A DNA stretch of 64,000 nucleotides from contig MCFE01000336.1 in NCBI GenBank assembly GCA_002104905.1, positions 28,259 to 92,258 on the forward strand. Direction: 5' to 3'. The stretch is from Basidiobolus meristosporus CBS 931.73. Lineage: Eukaryota > Fungi > Basidiobolomycota. The notes under the pieces were generated by a model that ran no database searches, was not told the DNA's origin, and saw nothing but the letters and a program-made list of their open reading frames with translations. The translations under genes and the position numbers were made by a program. Shown in pieces: positions 11,460-23,900 of the stretch (position 1 is its first letter; each line of letters begins with the position of its first letter).

Positions 11460-13639
11460 TTAAAGTCCGGTTTCATTCTTGATCCCTTCGAAAACTTTCA
11501 GCATTTTTCGACGTGCTCCCAAGGCAGCAACTCCTTTAGCGGTTAATTCCTCATCAGTGAGTTGAATGATATCTTGCCACTTCATTCCCTCAAACATGGG
11601 CGTGTATTTGTGAAGGCGCAAGCTACGAAGCCAGGCAGGGACATCTAAAATGTAACGAGTTAGAGCCAAGTAATACATTTATATATGCAACAACTTAGCT
11701 ATACCTTTTAAGAGCTCGAGGTCAACCCCTTCTGGACCCTTATTTTTGATGTTTGCAGCCCCACGAGATTGGCCACCTCTATGATCATTCTTAGGATTCC
11801 CTCTATGATGGTCACGTTTGTCAATTCCATGATACCCTTCATCTAAACCGGCGCTTCCGGCACCTTGCATCATGGCAACATACTGCTTAGCAGCTTGGGG
11901 GTTTTGACTCATTAGCCGTTTCATCGAGTCTTGAGCCCATTGAGGAATGAAGCCAGGAGGAATTGGTGAACTTGCTCTGGATGCTGATCTTGAGTGATGT
12001 TGTGGTGGGTATAATGGGGATGGTAATGGTGATTGAAGACGATTGCCGTCAACAAAGGCTGGGCTACGCAGCGAATCCTCGCCGTAGAACGAATTTCGGT
12101 TTCTAGCAGACCCAGGAGCAAGACTGTTTGCTGACCGAGGGAAGTTGTCACGTATAGGATACTCTTCGTGGACGGCAATCGTAAGCCCGGCGGGGTTAGC
12201 ATTACGACGACTACTGTTCCCTGTAGGGCTCTTCAGCTCATTTTCGAACAACTCCCTGGCCGCATTGGCTTCATTTATTCTAAGCTGACTGAGATGGAGG
12301 CTGCTAACATCGCGATCATCATTCCTCGATTTTGGACGATCAATATTACCCCGAGAAGCGTGCTCTGCAAAATTTGCCAATGTAGGGGATAATGGCATAC
12401 CCCAATTACTGGCCAGAGATGAGTAGTCACCCATTGCAGAACCAGGGCGATCATTAGATGGTTCCTTCAATCTCCAGGCTCCACTAACAGCATCAACGCC
12501 ACAGAATGAGCGAGGTCTTTGGCCAGAACGACCAACGGTACGACCTGTGCCATTGGCACTTAAATTCTGTGACGCCAGGAACATGTTTGAAGCAAAGATC
12601 GAGGCAGGATCTGCCTCATGCTGCGAGGTTGGTCTACTTCTGTAACCGTAAGGAGGCTGTTGATTGCTAGATGAAAGATAGGCGTTTCCTCGGTTCCCGT
12701 TAGCTGAGCCAGACCCGTTAGTCTCACGACGACCCTCAAGGATTATCTGAGTCGTAAGGCGATGATTGGCGTTATCACTATCTAGATTACTAAGAAATGT
12801 GGTAACCTCTTCTGGGATCCCAGCAGGTAATGAATAGCGATCGTATAAACGACGGGATCGGTTATTGCCACTATTGGTGGGTGTGGCGGCACCAATGGAG
12901 ATGTCAGGGATAGTCTGAGGATTATTACCATGGCCTCTAGTTTCACCGACCGGCGGCGCATGTTTTAAAGTTTCCTCAACTAACATCAGATTGTTATTAC
13001 TTGAAATGTACAGCCTACACAAAATCTGCTCATACCTTTAGCTATATGCTGATTAGAAAGGATCGCATTAAGGGGATCGTTCTTTGCCATTTGTAGTAAG
13101 ACGGCAATGAAAAAGCGCACTTGAACTGGGCTTGATTGTTGAAGCAAGCTATAAAGACCAGCGGTTCTCTCGGAGTCTGAAAGTGCCTTGAACCATTGTT
13201 GGACTGCAGCAAGCTCATCTTTAAAGTTTTGATCGAGACTTGTGGTTGCCATCTCTTCTAGTGTCTTCTCATACTGTGAAAGATTTCTAATCCAGGCATC
13301 TGGACAAATAGGCCCAATTCAGGTTAAGTCGGTGAATGTAACAATGCTGATAAGGAGGCTACTACCTTCGGTTGGTTGAAAACTGCCAGTAGTGAGGATC
13401 TCAGACACCGGCCTGGCCCCATGAGCTTTTCCGTTTATGACCGGGCTTTTCGTATTCGACTGTCCAGCATTCGAGCTTGGCGTATCATTAGCACTGGTAG
13501 TATCGGAAGTAGTATCGTCTTTATGGCTGGGTGCAGTTTTATTGCTCATAGTCGAGTCCGAACGCTCGGGACTGCTGTTTTCAGAAGCCCGAGAGTAGGA
13601 AAAATTCTCAGAAAGTGGGCGTGGCTGCTGGGTAGTCAT
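11460..13639 (-). CDS. VTS1: Vts1/Smaug SAM-domain RNA-binding protein; multi-exon
   Basis: C-terminal SAM domain [53 protein letters not shown]; N-terminal conserved block [41 protein letters not shown]; GT-AG introns link the ORF pieces. Confidence 0.92.
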
Positions 13640-15319
13640 TTCAATTTTTGGAATCTTCGAACAGTATTTAGCCTCAAGCAGATTATCGTATCTTTCAGAT
13701 AATATATGAAATATTTCTATTCAGAATAGGCCCAAGCTCCGGGATAAAAACTAGTAATAAAATAGTGGTTTAGTAAGCTTCCTTTTGAAAGTCTCCGGAA
13801 AGTATGTAAAGGGGGTCGTGAGCGTATGAATGGAGGAACTTCGACTGAAATACCAACTCTAAATACAGCGCAATAGTAAAATATCGAAGGTTCGACACTA
13901 AGGTCACCAGCTGTTTGGTATAGGTATAGTGTCATATTGATAGTACTCAGATACAGATAAACAATACGTACATAGAAAAATTAGACCAGGTTCCTTGAAG
14001 TCGTGGACAAATAGCACAAAACAACAAAGCGAAAGAAAGAGTTGGCTAGTTGAGTCTCTGTGCAGGCAATAGGAAAAGATATTGAAGGAGGTGATGGGAT
14101 AAAATTCTTAACACCTATGTGAAAGTGATGGGATTAGAAGTGGGGGGAGAGAGGGGTAGATGGGGGATACGCTCAATTATGTTACGAGAAAAATCCTAGA
14201 ATCACAATACCATGAAAGAGCTGCATTATATATATCAATGCATTGACCATAGCTCTAAAATCCTCGATTTTGACAAATGGTGAAATTGTGAAGTAGGAAG
14301 TGCTGGTACGTTGCATTCAACCATTCACTCACTAGTGTTTAGACGAATTAGGTTCCAGAAGTCATTTTTGTATGACTTGAAACACATTTAAACCAATCGT
14401 GTCACACGAATCTGATGTTCACTTACAGGGTGCAATCCCGGTGCAACCTACCGTTGCCTCTGTGCTCGCCCGAATCCCACCTGGCCCCCGTTCAGATTTG
14501 GCAGCAATAATCCTACTTGAAGGACGATTGGATGGTTTATCTAATTGACTATGCTAAGCGCAGCATTGAATTTATCCTTCTGTTGAGGTTGGTCATGCTA
14601 TACCAACGCTAATTATCAAGGAGCATTGGTCAAGTCAAGCACCTTGACATTGATCTATGGGAACGATTGATTAACGATGTTCGGTATACCGCAATACGAG
14701 CTCACATATTAATAGGCGACCTGCCTCAGAAATATCTCTGCAACTGGCATAAATATGTGGCATACATTTCAATGAATCTGTATGGCCATATTTCTGTTGC
14801 CTCAATTTATGCTGGATCGGGTTTCCAATGCCATCAACCTCCATGAAATATTGACGTAATGTAAAAACACTGCCTACGAAATAGTTACACCAACATGGTA
14901 GCAGCCAGAGGCTTGATTGCGCGCAACTAACATAGTTGGAGCATTACCTATGCTACACCCAAGTGAAGGGCCTTGACTATTGTACGCTCTTCACCGCCAT
15001 TTAGTACAATGATACAGAGTGGAGCTGCAATGCACGCCGAAAATGGTCATGGATTCTGCTTCCGATGTATATCAGGCAATAGTGACAACCAATTTTATCA
15101 AAAGTAGAAAGAAGTGATGTACCTAGTAAGATAATAGGGATATGATGATGATTTACTATATATAACCGTTGCTTGTGAAGCTCTTTAAATAGTTTGAAGT
15201 CAAGATAACCCGGGGCCCACATTCGGATTGGAAACACTCAACTGTGCACAAGGCTGTCATGAAACTTAAATATAGCTTATAATTTTACAAGAATGACTCA
15301 ACTGATAGAAGTTAGTTCT

Positions 15320-15949
15320 TCAATCGTTGAGGTCAGCACCGGCCTCATGTTTACAAATATATTGTTCCCATTTTTCTTCGTTGCTTTGGCGTGCTTGGTA
15401 AACCTCATTTAAAGGCGCGACCATTGGGATGATTACCGCATTCTCACTTTTCGCTTCTGAGCCCGAGTCTGAGTCTGAATCATAAAGCTGGAAATCTTCC
15501 CAAGGTATCTCATGGGATTCCCTGTTATGTGCAAAGAGTTCAAGATCATAAGAGGTGCTATTGGAAGGGTGTAAATTGCGGGACTGGGTGCTCGAAGCAG
15601 AAGTGCTTTGGTAAAATCTCTGAGTAGAGAAGCCAAATGGGCCATGGCCCAAGGCCGCTAGACCAGTTGATTCTACCACATTGTGGATGTACCCTGATTT
15701 AGTCACCGTGCTGTATGGCTCTGCATGTAATCTCTGTAAATATGTAATTCCTTGAGGAAATAGACTTCGCCAAAAACGGCTCAGCACAGGTGCAAGCATA
15801 CAGCTTTGAGGGAGCTTGCTTGGTTTAGCTTGTAAAATAGCTTTACAGTCGAGCAAAGACTTTGTTAAACACGGGAAGAGTGGTGACACTGGGATAGCTG
15901 GGTTTTGAGGGTTATTCAAGGAAGAATTGTAGGGCTTCTGAAATAACAT
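15320..15949 (-). CDS. Hypothetical protein (about 210 aa exon; possibly spliced at the 3' end)
   Basis: Longest ORF in the 13.7-21.6 kb gap; ATG at 15949; upstream pyrimidine-rich tract and branch/acceptor GCTAAC...CGCAG near 16050-16260. No family recognised. Confidence 0.35.
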   Translation of the reverse strand: MLFQKPYNSSLNNPQNPAIPVSPLFPCLTKSLLDCKAILQAKPSKLPQSCMLAPVLSRFWRSLFPQGITYLQRLHAEPYSTVTKSGYIHNVVESTGLAALGHGPFGFSTQRFYQSTSASSTQSRNLHPSNSTSYDLELFAHNRESHEIPWEDFQLYDSDSDSGSEAKSENAVIIPMVAPLNEVYQARQSNEEKWEQYICKHEAGADLND

Positions 15950-17073
15950 TGGATCCACACAAATGTTATATGGCCGATTGATTAATAGCACCTAAATACC
16001 GTGCAAGCGCTTCGAGTCAGGGTAATCGATTATTTTCAGGACGAGGTGCTGCGAAATTGGTTAGCAATAATAAGTCAATCCGCGAGGTAGGCAGTCAGAT
16101 AGCATATAGCGGAAGTAAGAAAATGAAGTTGGAAGGCAGGGTTATAAAACTGATGTATTGGCAAACTATACTGATTGAAAGAAACGATAGTTGAGCTGGA
16201 GATATGAGAGACTGGCTGATATATAAAGTTATTGAGTGAGGGGATAGATGAGATATGGAACACGGATATACATGAGATAAGCTAGTCTTTTTGAGTCAAA
16301 TACACCTTCCTGGTTGGATCCAACCAGCCCACTTATCACTTTCACTTGATCACTGATATCCGCATTGAATCTTAATCACTCGATTTCAGAGGGTACTGAT
16401 TGGTGCTAATTACGGAGGATATGTGTATGCATTGGATATACTCGTATGAGACGATCATATATAAGGTTTAAAGGCCCGACCAAAATCACATGCATTATCA
16501 AGAGCAGTTATGGCCTCAGAGAAAAGCGCGGTTTCTAGTAAACATGCGGTAGTTGCATAGGGCATGTGCTCATTGCCAAGCGATTTTTTTCCTAAAATGA
16601 TGAGATTACAAAGTATACGGTTGGAATTACCATTCGATGAAAACATCCCTAAATCTGGGAACACGGCTAGTCACAAAATCTTCTGCTGAAATTCATTGCT
16701 GCTTTTTGACCAGCAACCATCAATCTTTCTAAGGGCCATCCATTTTATAGCACTACTAATTACCATGAATGGTATACAATATCAGTCAAGTCTTTTTTGA
16801 GAACTGGGGCCAGGGGACGGGACAATCTGGATGTTGCTATGTGGAAGCCCTAACAACGAGACCCAAGAGTCCAACTTGGAATCGTGCTGTGATGACAGAC
16901 CTAATTTTAGACGTGCAGCTAGCATTCTGACATGCTGAATGTAATGTTGGTATAGAATTAGCGATGTGGCTTTCGTATTGAACTGCTTCAAACGTTTTCA
17001 CATGTCTAATCTACGAATGATAACGACTATTACGACACAATTTCTCTTATGGCATTTCCGATCATCTTCGTGC

Positions 17074-17595
17074 CTAATTTAGCAAGAGACCCCAAATTCC
17101 AAACACTGTGCAAAACGCAAGTTGTAGCCCTAAAGGAAGTTTTTGTTCACACCCAAAGAAATCCCTTAATCGATATAAGCAGAATGTCAGCCTGAATTCC
17201 GATATTCTGTGGCGCCGGAGTGACCCTGGTTCCTGATGTATCAAGGTGCTTCTACGTTCACTCATCAATCGAGGAACAAACTGGAGATCCTCGTATGGAT
17301 GTGGCAAAGTATCAAGATTGGGGAATATAGTGGGCACTAGCTATAGCTCGCTCTTTTCCTGAGAGAACTAAACTCTCATGACTGAAGCTCTGTCACAAAT
17401 GTCTCAAGAACCACTCCTATATTTCAAAATACCGGTGGGTTTTACCGGATCTTTCAGAATACCAACTATAGGTAGTGCTTTGTCAGCTCTTGATACAGGT
17501 AGTGATAGATATTTAGTAGCTGAGTGTTGTGCTAACCAGTCGATTGCTTTCAATTTCCTAAAGTGACTTCATATTGCAGAATTATCTTCATCCAT
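17074..17595 (-). pseudogene. Unidentified coding-like remnant with interspersed stops
   Basis: One frame from ATG 17595 continues into ORF 17074..17337 with four stops, all TGA or TAG, compatible with C-to-T decay of CGA/CAG codons. Confidence 0.25.
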
Positions 17596-18439
17596 TGGAG
17601 AAGTATACGATTGACAGAATTGTGAACCAAACTGAGCGAATGGGTGTCATGATTACGAAGCCAATCCTAAGGACACTGGTGAACGTAGGCCACTCGGAAA
17701 TATGTTATAGAAAATGGTGTTAATGGATTAGATATACACGATTCATACAAACAGGAATTGGCTTGGAGTGAAGGTTCATTTCATGGAGGCGTATTTGATA
17801 TGATGAAGTATTTAGTAATATGAGTGCTTAAATAGCGCCTAATTGTATAAACTAGGAGTACCATGTTAGTTGCTGGTAGATATATATTCATATATATATT
17901 TATTTCTTACATAGTCAATGAAGACTGTCTCGAAATACCTGGAACCAAGGTCTATATTCTTTGCAAGGCTCAAGGAAGTATTGGCGGTGATTTGGACAAC
18001 TATAAGACTTGCATGATGTTCACTTGCTTTATTGAGTTCATATAAAGTACTTATACTCCTGGGGAAATTTGTGAAGCGAATGACAAGAATGCTTTAAGAA
18101 AGGTATCAGGAATTGGTGCACAAAATTTGAGGGCTTTTGGACAAGTTTGAAAATGCTGATTTCCAAGCCCTCACTTAAGCATTGGCTAATATCTTACAAG
18201 CTAAATTCCAAGCAACTAGCTCATAAATTACAACAATCTAGATAGAATTTTCATATATATGGTTAGCTCAAGTGGAGCTATATATTTGTCAATTCAACAC
18301 AAAAATACTATTTCTACTCTTAGAAGGGTGTGGTAAGATTTGTTGGATGTATACTAATAAAGGTTCCAAGGGTATATGTACAAGGTATGGGAGCTGTAGC
18401 TACTGTAGGACTCTTCATACACAGGGTACTCTGCTGCAA

Positions 18440-18870
18440 ATATCGTAATTACACCTAAATATTCAGCTAACATGGATACTTAAATCATAGTCTACAAATC
18501 TTAGAGAACTCTGGCCAAACTGCTTGTTGGGATTTACTTGGAATATTCTCACCAAAACATCAGGTACCCAGGAAATAAAGCTTGATAAGTTGTCCAGATA
18601 GCCCCACACTTTGCACACATGCTCTTGTGTCCTTTCTAAACATATTATACATAGCTTTATAGCCAAGACTATGTAAAAGTAATATTTATACTTCTACATG
18701 ATCTTGGCAAAACAAACATGTTTATACTTTTACATGAGCTTTTCAGCATACATCTGTGGGCTATGTCTAGAAAAGTCCTAGAAGCATGTGTGCAGAGTTT
18801 GGAGCCCTTGGGTAATGTTGAGACTTTTTTCTGACTTAGTACCTCATCTTTGGCAAAAAAAGCAAGTACC
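18440..18870. repeat. Two degenerate copia LTR remnants in opposite orientations
   Basis: ACACCTAAATATTCA...GCCCCACACTTTGCACACATGC on + and GCATGTGTGCAGAGTTTGGAG on -, matching the 349-bp LTR core. Confidence 0.75.
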
Positions 18871-18990
18871 CACAAAGAGCTTGGGTAAACTATTTTTAAG
18901 GCTGATAGATATGAACTTCGTAACTAAGCTAATGGAGCACTTATATGTAACTGCACAATCTACTACATACACTAAGCTTAGACTGGTTTT

Positions 18991-19626
18991 TGTTGTAAAA
19001 ACTCGTATTTCCACCTAAATATTCACCTAACTTAGTCACTTATATCATCACCTTCAAATCCTAGAGAATACTGACCAAAATTCCTTGTCGGGATTTACTT
19101 AGACTATTTTCACCAAAATACCAGGTACCCAGAACATGATAATTCTCAAAGTTGTCCAAACAGCCCCAAACTTTGCACACATGTTCTTGGGACCTTCCTT
19201 AACCTATTCTACATGCTTGTTATGCCAAGACCATGTAAAAGTATATATTACTACTTTTACATTCAATAAAGCATTAAGTGAAAACCACATAATCTACTTT
19301 CGAAGATAGAAATGTTTTTAATGCCGTATTATTACGAAAACATGCTGTTTAATATGGTAATGAAAGCATACTTCTGATTTTTGCGCGCAAAATAACACAT
19401 GCAACAGTTACATGGTCGAGTTATATATTGTTGAATTTATCGGGCAAGGAAGACTCAACCATCGAGGGTTGTTTATACCCAACGAGAGCGGTGGAGATAT
19501 CGGAACTTTTTATCACGCGAAAGGATCTGCACCTCATGGGTTTGACAAAGAAAAAAAGCTGAACTATAATATTATCGCATCAGGGTTCTCCAAATCACTT
19601 CCAATATCTCCAAGACTCTTACAACA
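18991..19626 (+). mobile_element. Solo copia LTR with 5-bp TSD GTTTT, split by a 285-bp foreign insert (19300..19584)
   Basis: TGTTGTAA start at 18991, TTACAACA end at 19626; GTTTT at 18986-18990 and 19627-19631; LTR consensus CTACTT|GTTCTC is interrupted exactly at the insert. Confidence 0.92.
19412..19584 (+). pseudogene. Captured 5' fragment of a host-like gene inside the LTR
   Basis: ATG plus 57 codons MVELYIVEFIGQGRLNHRGLFIPNESGGDIGTFYHAKGSAPHGFDKEKKLNYNIIASG, CpG-rich unlike the LTR, preceded by about 110 nt of AT-rich leader. Confidence 0.6.
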
Positions 19627-21671
19627 GTTTTCAGTGCATGCACACAAAGTTTGAAAACCTTTGCATAAGTTTGCAAATATTTGTGTCTTTAGTACTGGAG
19701 CTTTTGGTGGATTATTCTAAAGTATTCGCAGCAACAATCTGGGCAAGCTAAGCTAAGACTCATAGGCTATGACCAGAGTCCCCATTCTGAGGGAACATTT
19801 AGGTGTAATCACAAGATTTCAATTTTAAGCCTCTATCTGTTCAGCATATTATCTGTGGTAGTCCATTTAAAGTATTGTCCATAAAGCTTTAGTTGACACA
19901 AGCCTTATGATTCCTAGACCTCTCCATACCCCCAAGTTTTGCCTACATGCTCCAGCAACCTATTCAAGTTTACCTAACATGCTTGCTTTGACCTAGCCTT
20001 AGTATATATATTGTATCTTTGCATTTATAGAGATTGCACAAAAATATAAGTACTGTATGTCAATTCAACAAATCTTCAAGTGAGAAACCACACTTTCCTA
20101 CAAATATTCCAAATTGCTTTGTATTGGACACAGTTTCCTTCAGCATTGAGAGTGAGCAACACTGTTAATTAGGAGCTAAACAGCATATTTAGTGCATTTT
20201 CATAGCATGTAGTTCCATCCGTTGCAAAATACTAGAGCATAAATCAGAAAATTGGTGAGTTTGTCTAGAGGATCTGCAAAGCATCTCACAATAGACCTAG
20301 GTTCCATATTGTTAGCAAAGAATATCTGAATAAATTTTGAGACCCAATAGAAACTAGCCAAGAGTATCCTGTTGACACTCATCATTGCTTAGTGAAATCT
20401 CATGAAACCAAGCAGTTTCTGGTTTACAACATCTGTGGAGTTTCTGGGCCCTTATAACTGATGGGGATTTCATCAGGATGCACGTATTTGGCTTCAAGAG
20501 CCTGCATCATCTTCTAGCGTGTCACCAAAGAAAAGAAGATCATGTGTGGCTGACAACTGTCATTTCCACTTGTTGGGTCACAAACAGCACTACAAGCTGA
20601 AATACCAACGTCTTATGATAGCGGGACAGATGCTGGGAAAGCGTATCCACAACGCTTATGAACACACAGCTCATGCGCATACTAAACGTCGTTGCAAACC
20701 CCGTATGAAACCTGCTTTCAGATCCGAGGCCACATGCGACAAGACCTGCTGACTCTTAACGAGACTACTAAGACTCCCTCATCTTGGATCCAATAATATT
20801 TCCATTGCACATGCTGTTTGGTTTCTAAATCAGAATAAATACCAATTTCAAGGGGCTGGCATTTGAAACAGAAATTCACGGCTCCCGAAACGGCATCTGA
20901 TCATTCTCTATGGCCTTGATCCAAGCGCACTTTATGGCGGTTGCCGAATGTAACGTACAGCACTGTAGAGAAGCGACCATATTGACCATCTGAGTGTATC
21001 AAGTGACACCCAACATGAAATGGAGCCTGGGGAGTTGCCACGACTGGTGGTTTTAATATGGATTAATACAGCTCCTGAAATCAACATCACGCTTGCATCA
21101 CTCTTATCGCGATATCTTTATTATCACCCAATCTCCGCAGAAAGGAGGTTTCCCCGGACTACGGCCGATCAGGTTGAAGTCAAATGGTGCCCCGATTTTC
21201 GGATACACTATACATCACAATTACCCCTAATGGAAACCCACATCTGTTTTATAGGCAATGTAACGATTGAGTTGTAAAGCTATAGGATACAGCAGACCAA
21301 TCTTAACATGCAGGGTGTTGCATGCTGTGCACTCTCTGAGGCAGTGTTAAGGTCTCTTGGGGCTTCCATCCGCTGCCCGCTGCTGCCATGGCCCTGGTAG
21401 GCACTAGGGTGTTCACGCACCTATTAGGTTGGGAAAGAGATCGACAGCCAGGCTTATCTCTCAATCAATAGGTGACCACGTGCGCGCTTGTGACGTGCGA
21501 ACAACATCTGATATTAGCTGAAAACCCCTTGAATATTGGACAGTATCTACCAGTAGTATTAATTTACAGATTTACAGATAGGCTTGTTTCACCAACGGAT
21601 ACTAGATGACTCGAAGTGTTTTCTGAATCAACAAACTAGTGTATGCGATAGGGATCGATGGGGAATACTGA

Positions 21672-22844
21672 CTAAACATAGAGCTCATTGGGATACTCCC
21701 GGCTTAGCGGTAATGGATAATGGCTCCGGAGGGCGAAATTCTCCACCTCCTGGCCAGTCATTGGATAGTGGCGACTAACGAAGTGATTGATAATGTCTGC
21801 CATGTCATTGACTAATTTGTTCCGGATCTCCATACTTCCGCGGCGCAGATGAGCAGGCAGCTCAATCTGTACGCCATCAATGCTAAGACTAGTGTGACGC
21901 TGCAAACAGTATCCTCCGCGATAGTATTGACCCCCATTAGGCGAAGGTATTGATGGAGAAGGCACCGTTTTGTAGGCCTTGCGCTCGAATAGCCCGCCTA
22001 ACGAGTTGGGGCCTCGGATCAGGTCCAGAAAGTGGTTTCTACGCCCACTGAGACCGCGTAGGCTGCTACTTTGGCTGACAGTGCCGCTGGCTGAGTGCTC
22101 ATTGAGCCTATCAAGGTCTGACGCATGAACAAGGTAGCCTAACTCAATCCATTTTTCTGGATGCTTCTGACCATGTAGGTCGATGTATAGACCCCTCCCA
22201 AAACTACGCTCCACCTGCTTAGTTGCTATCTCCACGAGACGATGGTACTCTAGCCAGGTGTGTGCCGCTTCACTACTTGAAAATGGATACTCATGAATAT
22301 CTCGGTTCACGTCTACCTTTCTACGGTTAAGGTGGCATACAATGAGATGGGGTCTTTTTCCGTAAAGACCAAGCCTCTCGGTCAGGTCTTTGGCAATCTC
22401 ATGGGTGTTCAGGTCGTTTAGTAGACGCACTCCCGGGAGGCTTGGTCTATCGGCGACATTCTCTGGCATCAAGAAGCCCCCATGGGGAGCGGCCAAGACA
22501 ATGGGAGAATTCCCAGGGATGTACTCAACAAACCGATTTGTTCCGTAGTAGCTCTTGACATTTGGATTGGGTGTGTAGAATGAAGATGTGATCGAATTGG
22601 GTTCATTGCTGTACTGTATGTTTGGGATCTCGTCCTTTCGAGAGGCGGTCAATAATACATAGGAGAGTAGGCGGCCGGCATCTACGTTATTTATATCCAC
22701 CTTTGGGGAAGGCGTGGATGGAGCCAGCTTGTCCGAGGCAAGCTTGGGGCCATTTCCGGTATACGTCTGGATGTCCTTCTTCAAGACAAGCCTTGCTAAT
22801 GAACGGCTTGCGATCCGTGAGGAAACAACTCGGTGAAGATTCAT
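21672..22844 (-). CDS. N-formylglutamate amidohydrolase-like Zn-dependent hydrolase, intronless, with a possible mitochondrial presequence
   Basis: Motifs PIVLAAPHGG, NDLNT, HLNRRKVDVNR, YIDLHGQ, DGVQIELP; ATG at 22844 begins an Arg/Ser-rich, acid-poor N-terminus. Confidence 0.8.
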   Translation of the reverse strand: MNLHRVVSSRIASRSLARLVLKKDIQTYTGNGPKLASDKLAPSTPSPKVDINNVDAGRLLSYVLLTASRKDEIPNIQYSNEPNSITSSFYTPNPNVKSYYGTNRFVEYIPGNSPIVLAAPHGGFLMPENVADRPSLPGVRLLNDLNTHEIAKDLTERLGLYGKRPHLIVCHLNRRKVDVNRDIHEYPFSSSEAAHTWLEYHRLVEIATKQVERSFGRGLYIDLHGQKHPEKWIELGYLVHASDLDRLNEHSASGTVSQSSSLRGLSGRRNHFLDLIRGPNSLGGLFERKAYKTVPSPSIPSPNGGQYYRGGYCLQRHTSLSIDGVQIELPAHLRRGSMEIRNKLVNDMADIINHFVSRHYPMTGQEVENFALRSHYPLPLSREYPNELYV

Positions 22845-23329
22845 GATGATCAACAATTTCCTGGTTAAGCGAAGGGTTTACTATAAGCGGATTATTAAGA
22901 ACGAATGGAGTGCAGTCCCAAAAGCGGCACGTAAAATTTTTACGAAAGGCAAATTCAAGGTTGACTCGGTGGAAAACAATCCCATTAAGTAGCAGTCGAT
23001 GAGGCAGCTACTGAGGGAGTGTTTCCAATTACGGGGATCGTTGTGGGATATCCCCTGTATTTGGTTAGGGATCAGTAATAATGCGGTCTGACCAGTATAC
23101 GATCATGACTCCGGATCACTCAAAGAGGAAACCCTTCGCGAGGGCCCAAATATAATGGATCACCTATATTTAAGCCAGTTGGCTGGATTTTGTGTACCTG
23201 GAACAGGAATGTATATTGAGTTGGTTGGGAGCATTGATGTAAACAGAAGTCTCAAAGACCTTGTGTTCGGGGCCATTTACACAATACATTATGAGGCTTG
23301 AGTGTTGTCAACCTCCATGCAATTCCTAT

Positions 23330-23900
23330 TTGATCATGTGTGCGGCCCTTACATGCATCCGTCTTTGCAAAATGGGCTCATGATGACCAGGATTCGCTGG
23401 GAAAATCACCATGGCTTTGGGTCCAATGCAGAATAGCAAGCCCAACAATAATGGAATCTGCCAGGCCTGGGTGGGCGAATGAACGCGACGGAGGTGCCAC
23501 AGCCTTTGTATTGTCATTGTAACAGAATGTTTTACGTAGCTTTACGCCTGGATGTGTGCTAATTCACACGTGTGGTGTATTCTCAAACCATCATTATTTA
23601 TGCATTCCTTCACGGCGCATGCATGGAGCGGGGATGCCAATATCTCCTTTCTCTTGTTGCAAAAGTCTAGACGCCCGGCAAAGGCACCACCGCACCTAGT
23701 CCCCAGAGGAGCTAGCGAATCCAGCCACAGCCGCCACTCTAATCTCCAAACAATTGGAACGGTGTTGATGGCTAATGTCTCCCTTGGCAAGTGGTGACAT
23801 CATGCTCCACATGCAATGAGCCCATCTGATCCTGTAGGTATCTCGATTTGGAGTGCGGAGGATATTTTATTTATGAGGCACCTGGATGTCACTTTCGGAA
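23330..23900 (-). pseudogene. Possible decayed RNase H of a DIRS/Ngaro-like retroelement
   Basis: Across frameshifts the minus strand gives SDGLIACGA, HRSNCLEIRVA and NDNTKAV, in the order of the TDAS..GWGA / HIN.LEL.A / DN..AV motifs. Confidence 0.25.

Noticed and set aside
16455-16664. TPR-like fragment (LFSEAITALDNA)
   Set aside because: A single short repeat-like stretch with no supporting exons.
9511-22844. Bacterial genomic island or operon (intronless tectonin and hydrolase genes)
   Set aside because: The genes are far apart, separated by intron-containing fungal genes, with no operon structure or Shine-Dalgarno signals.
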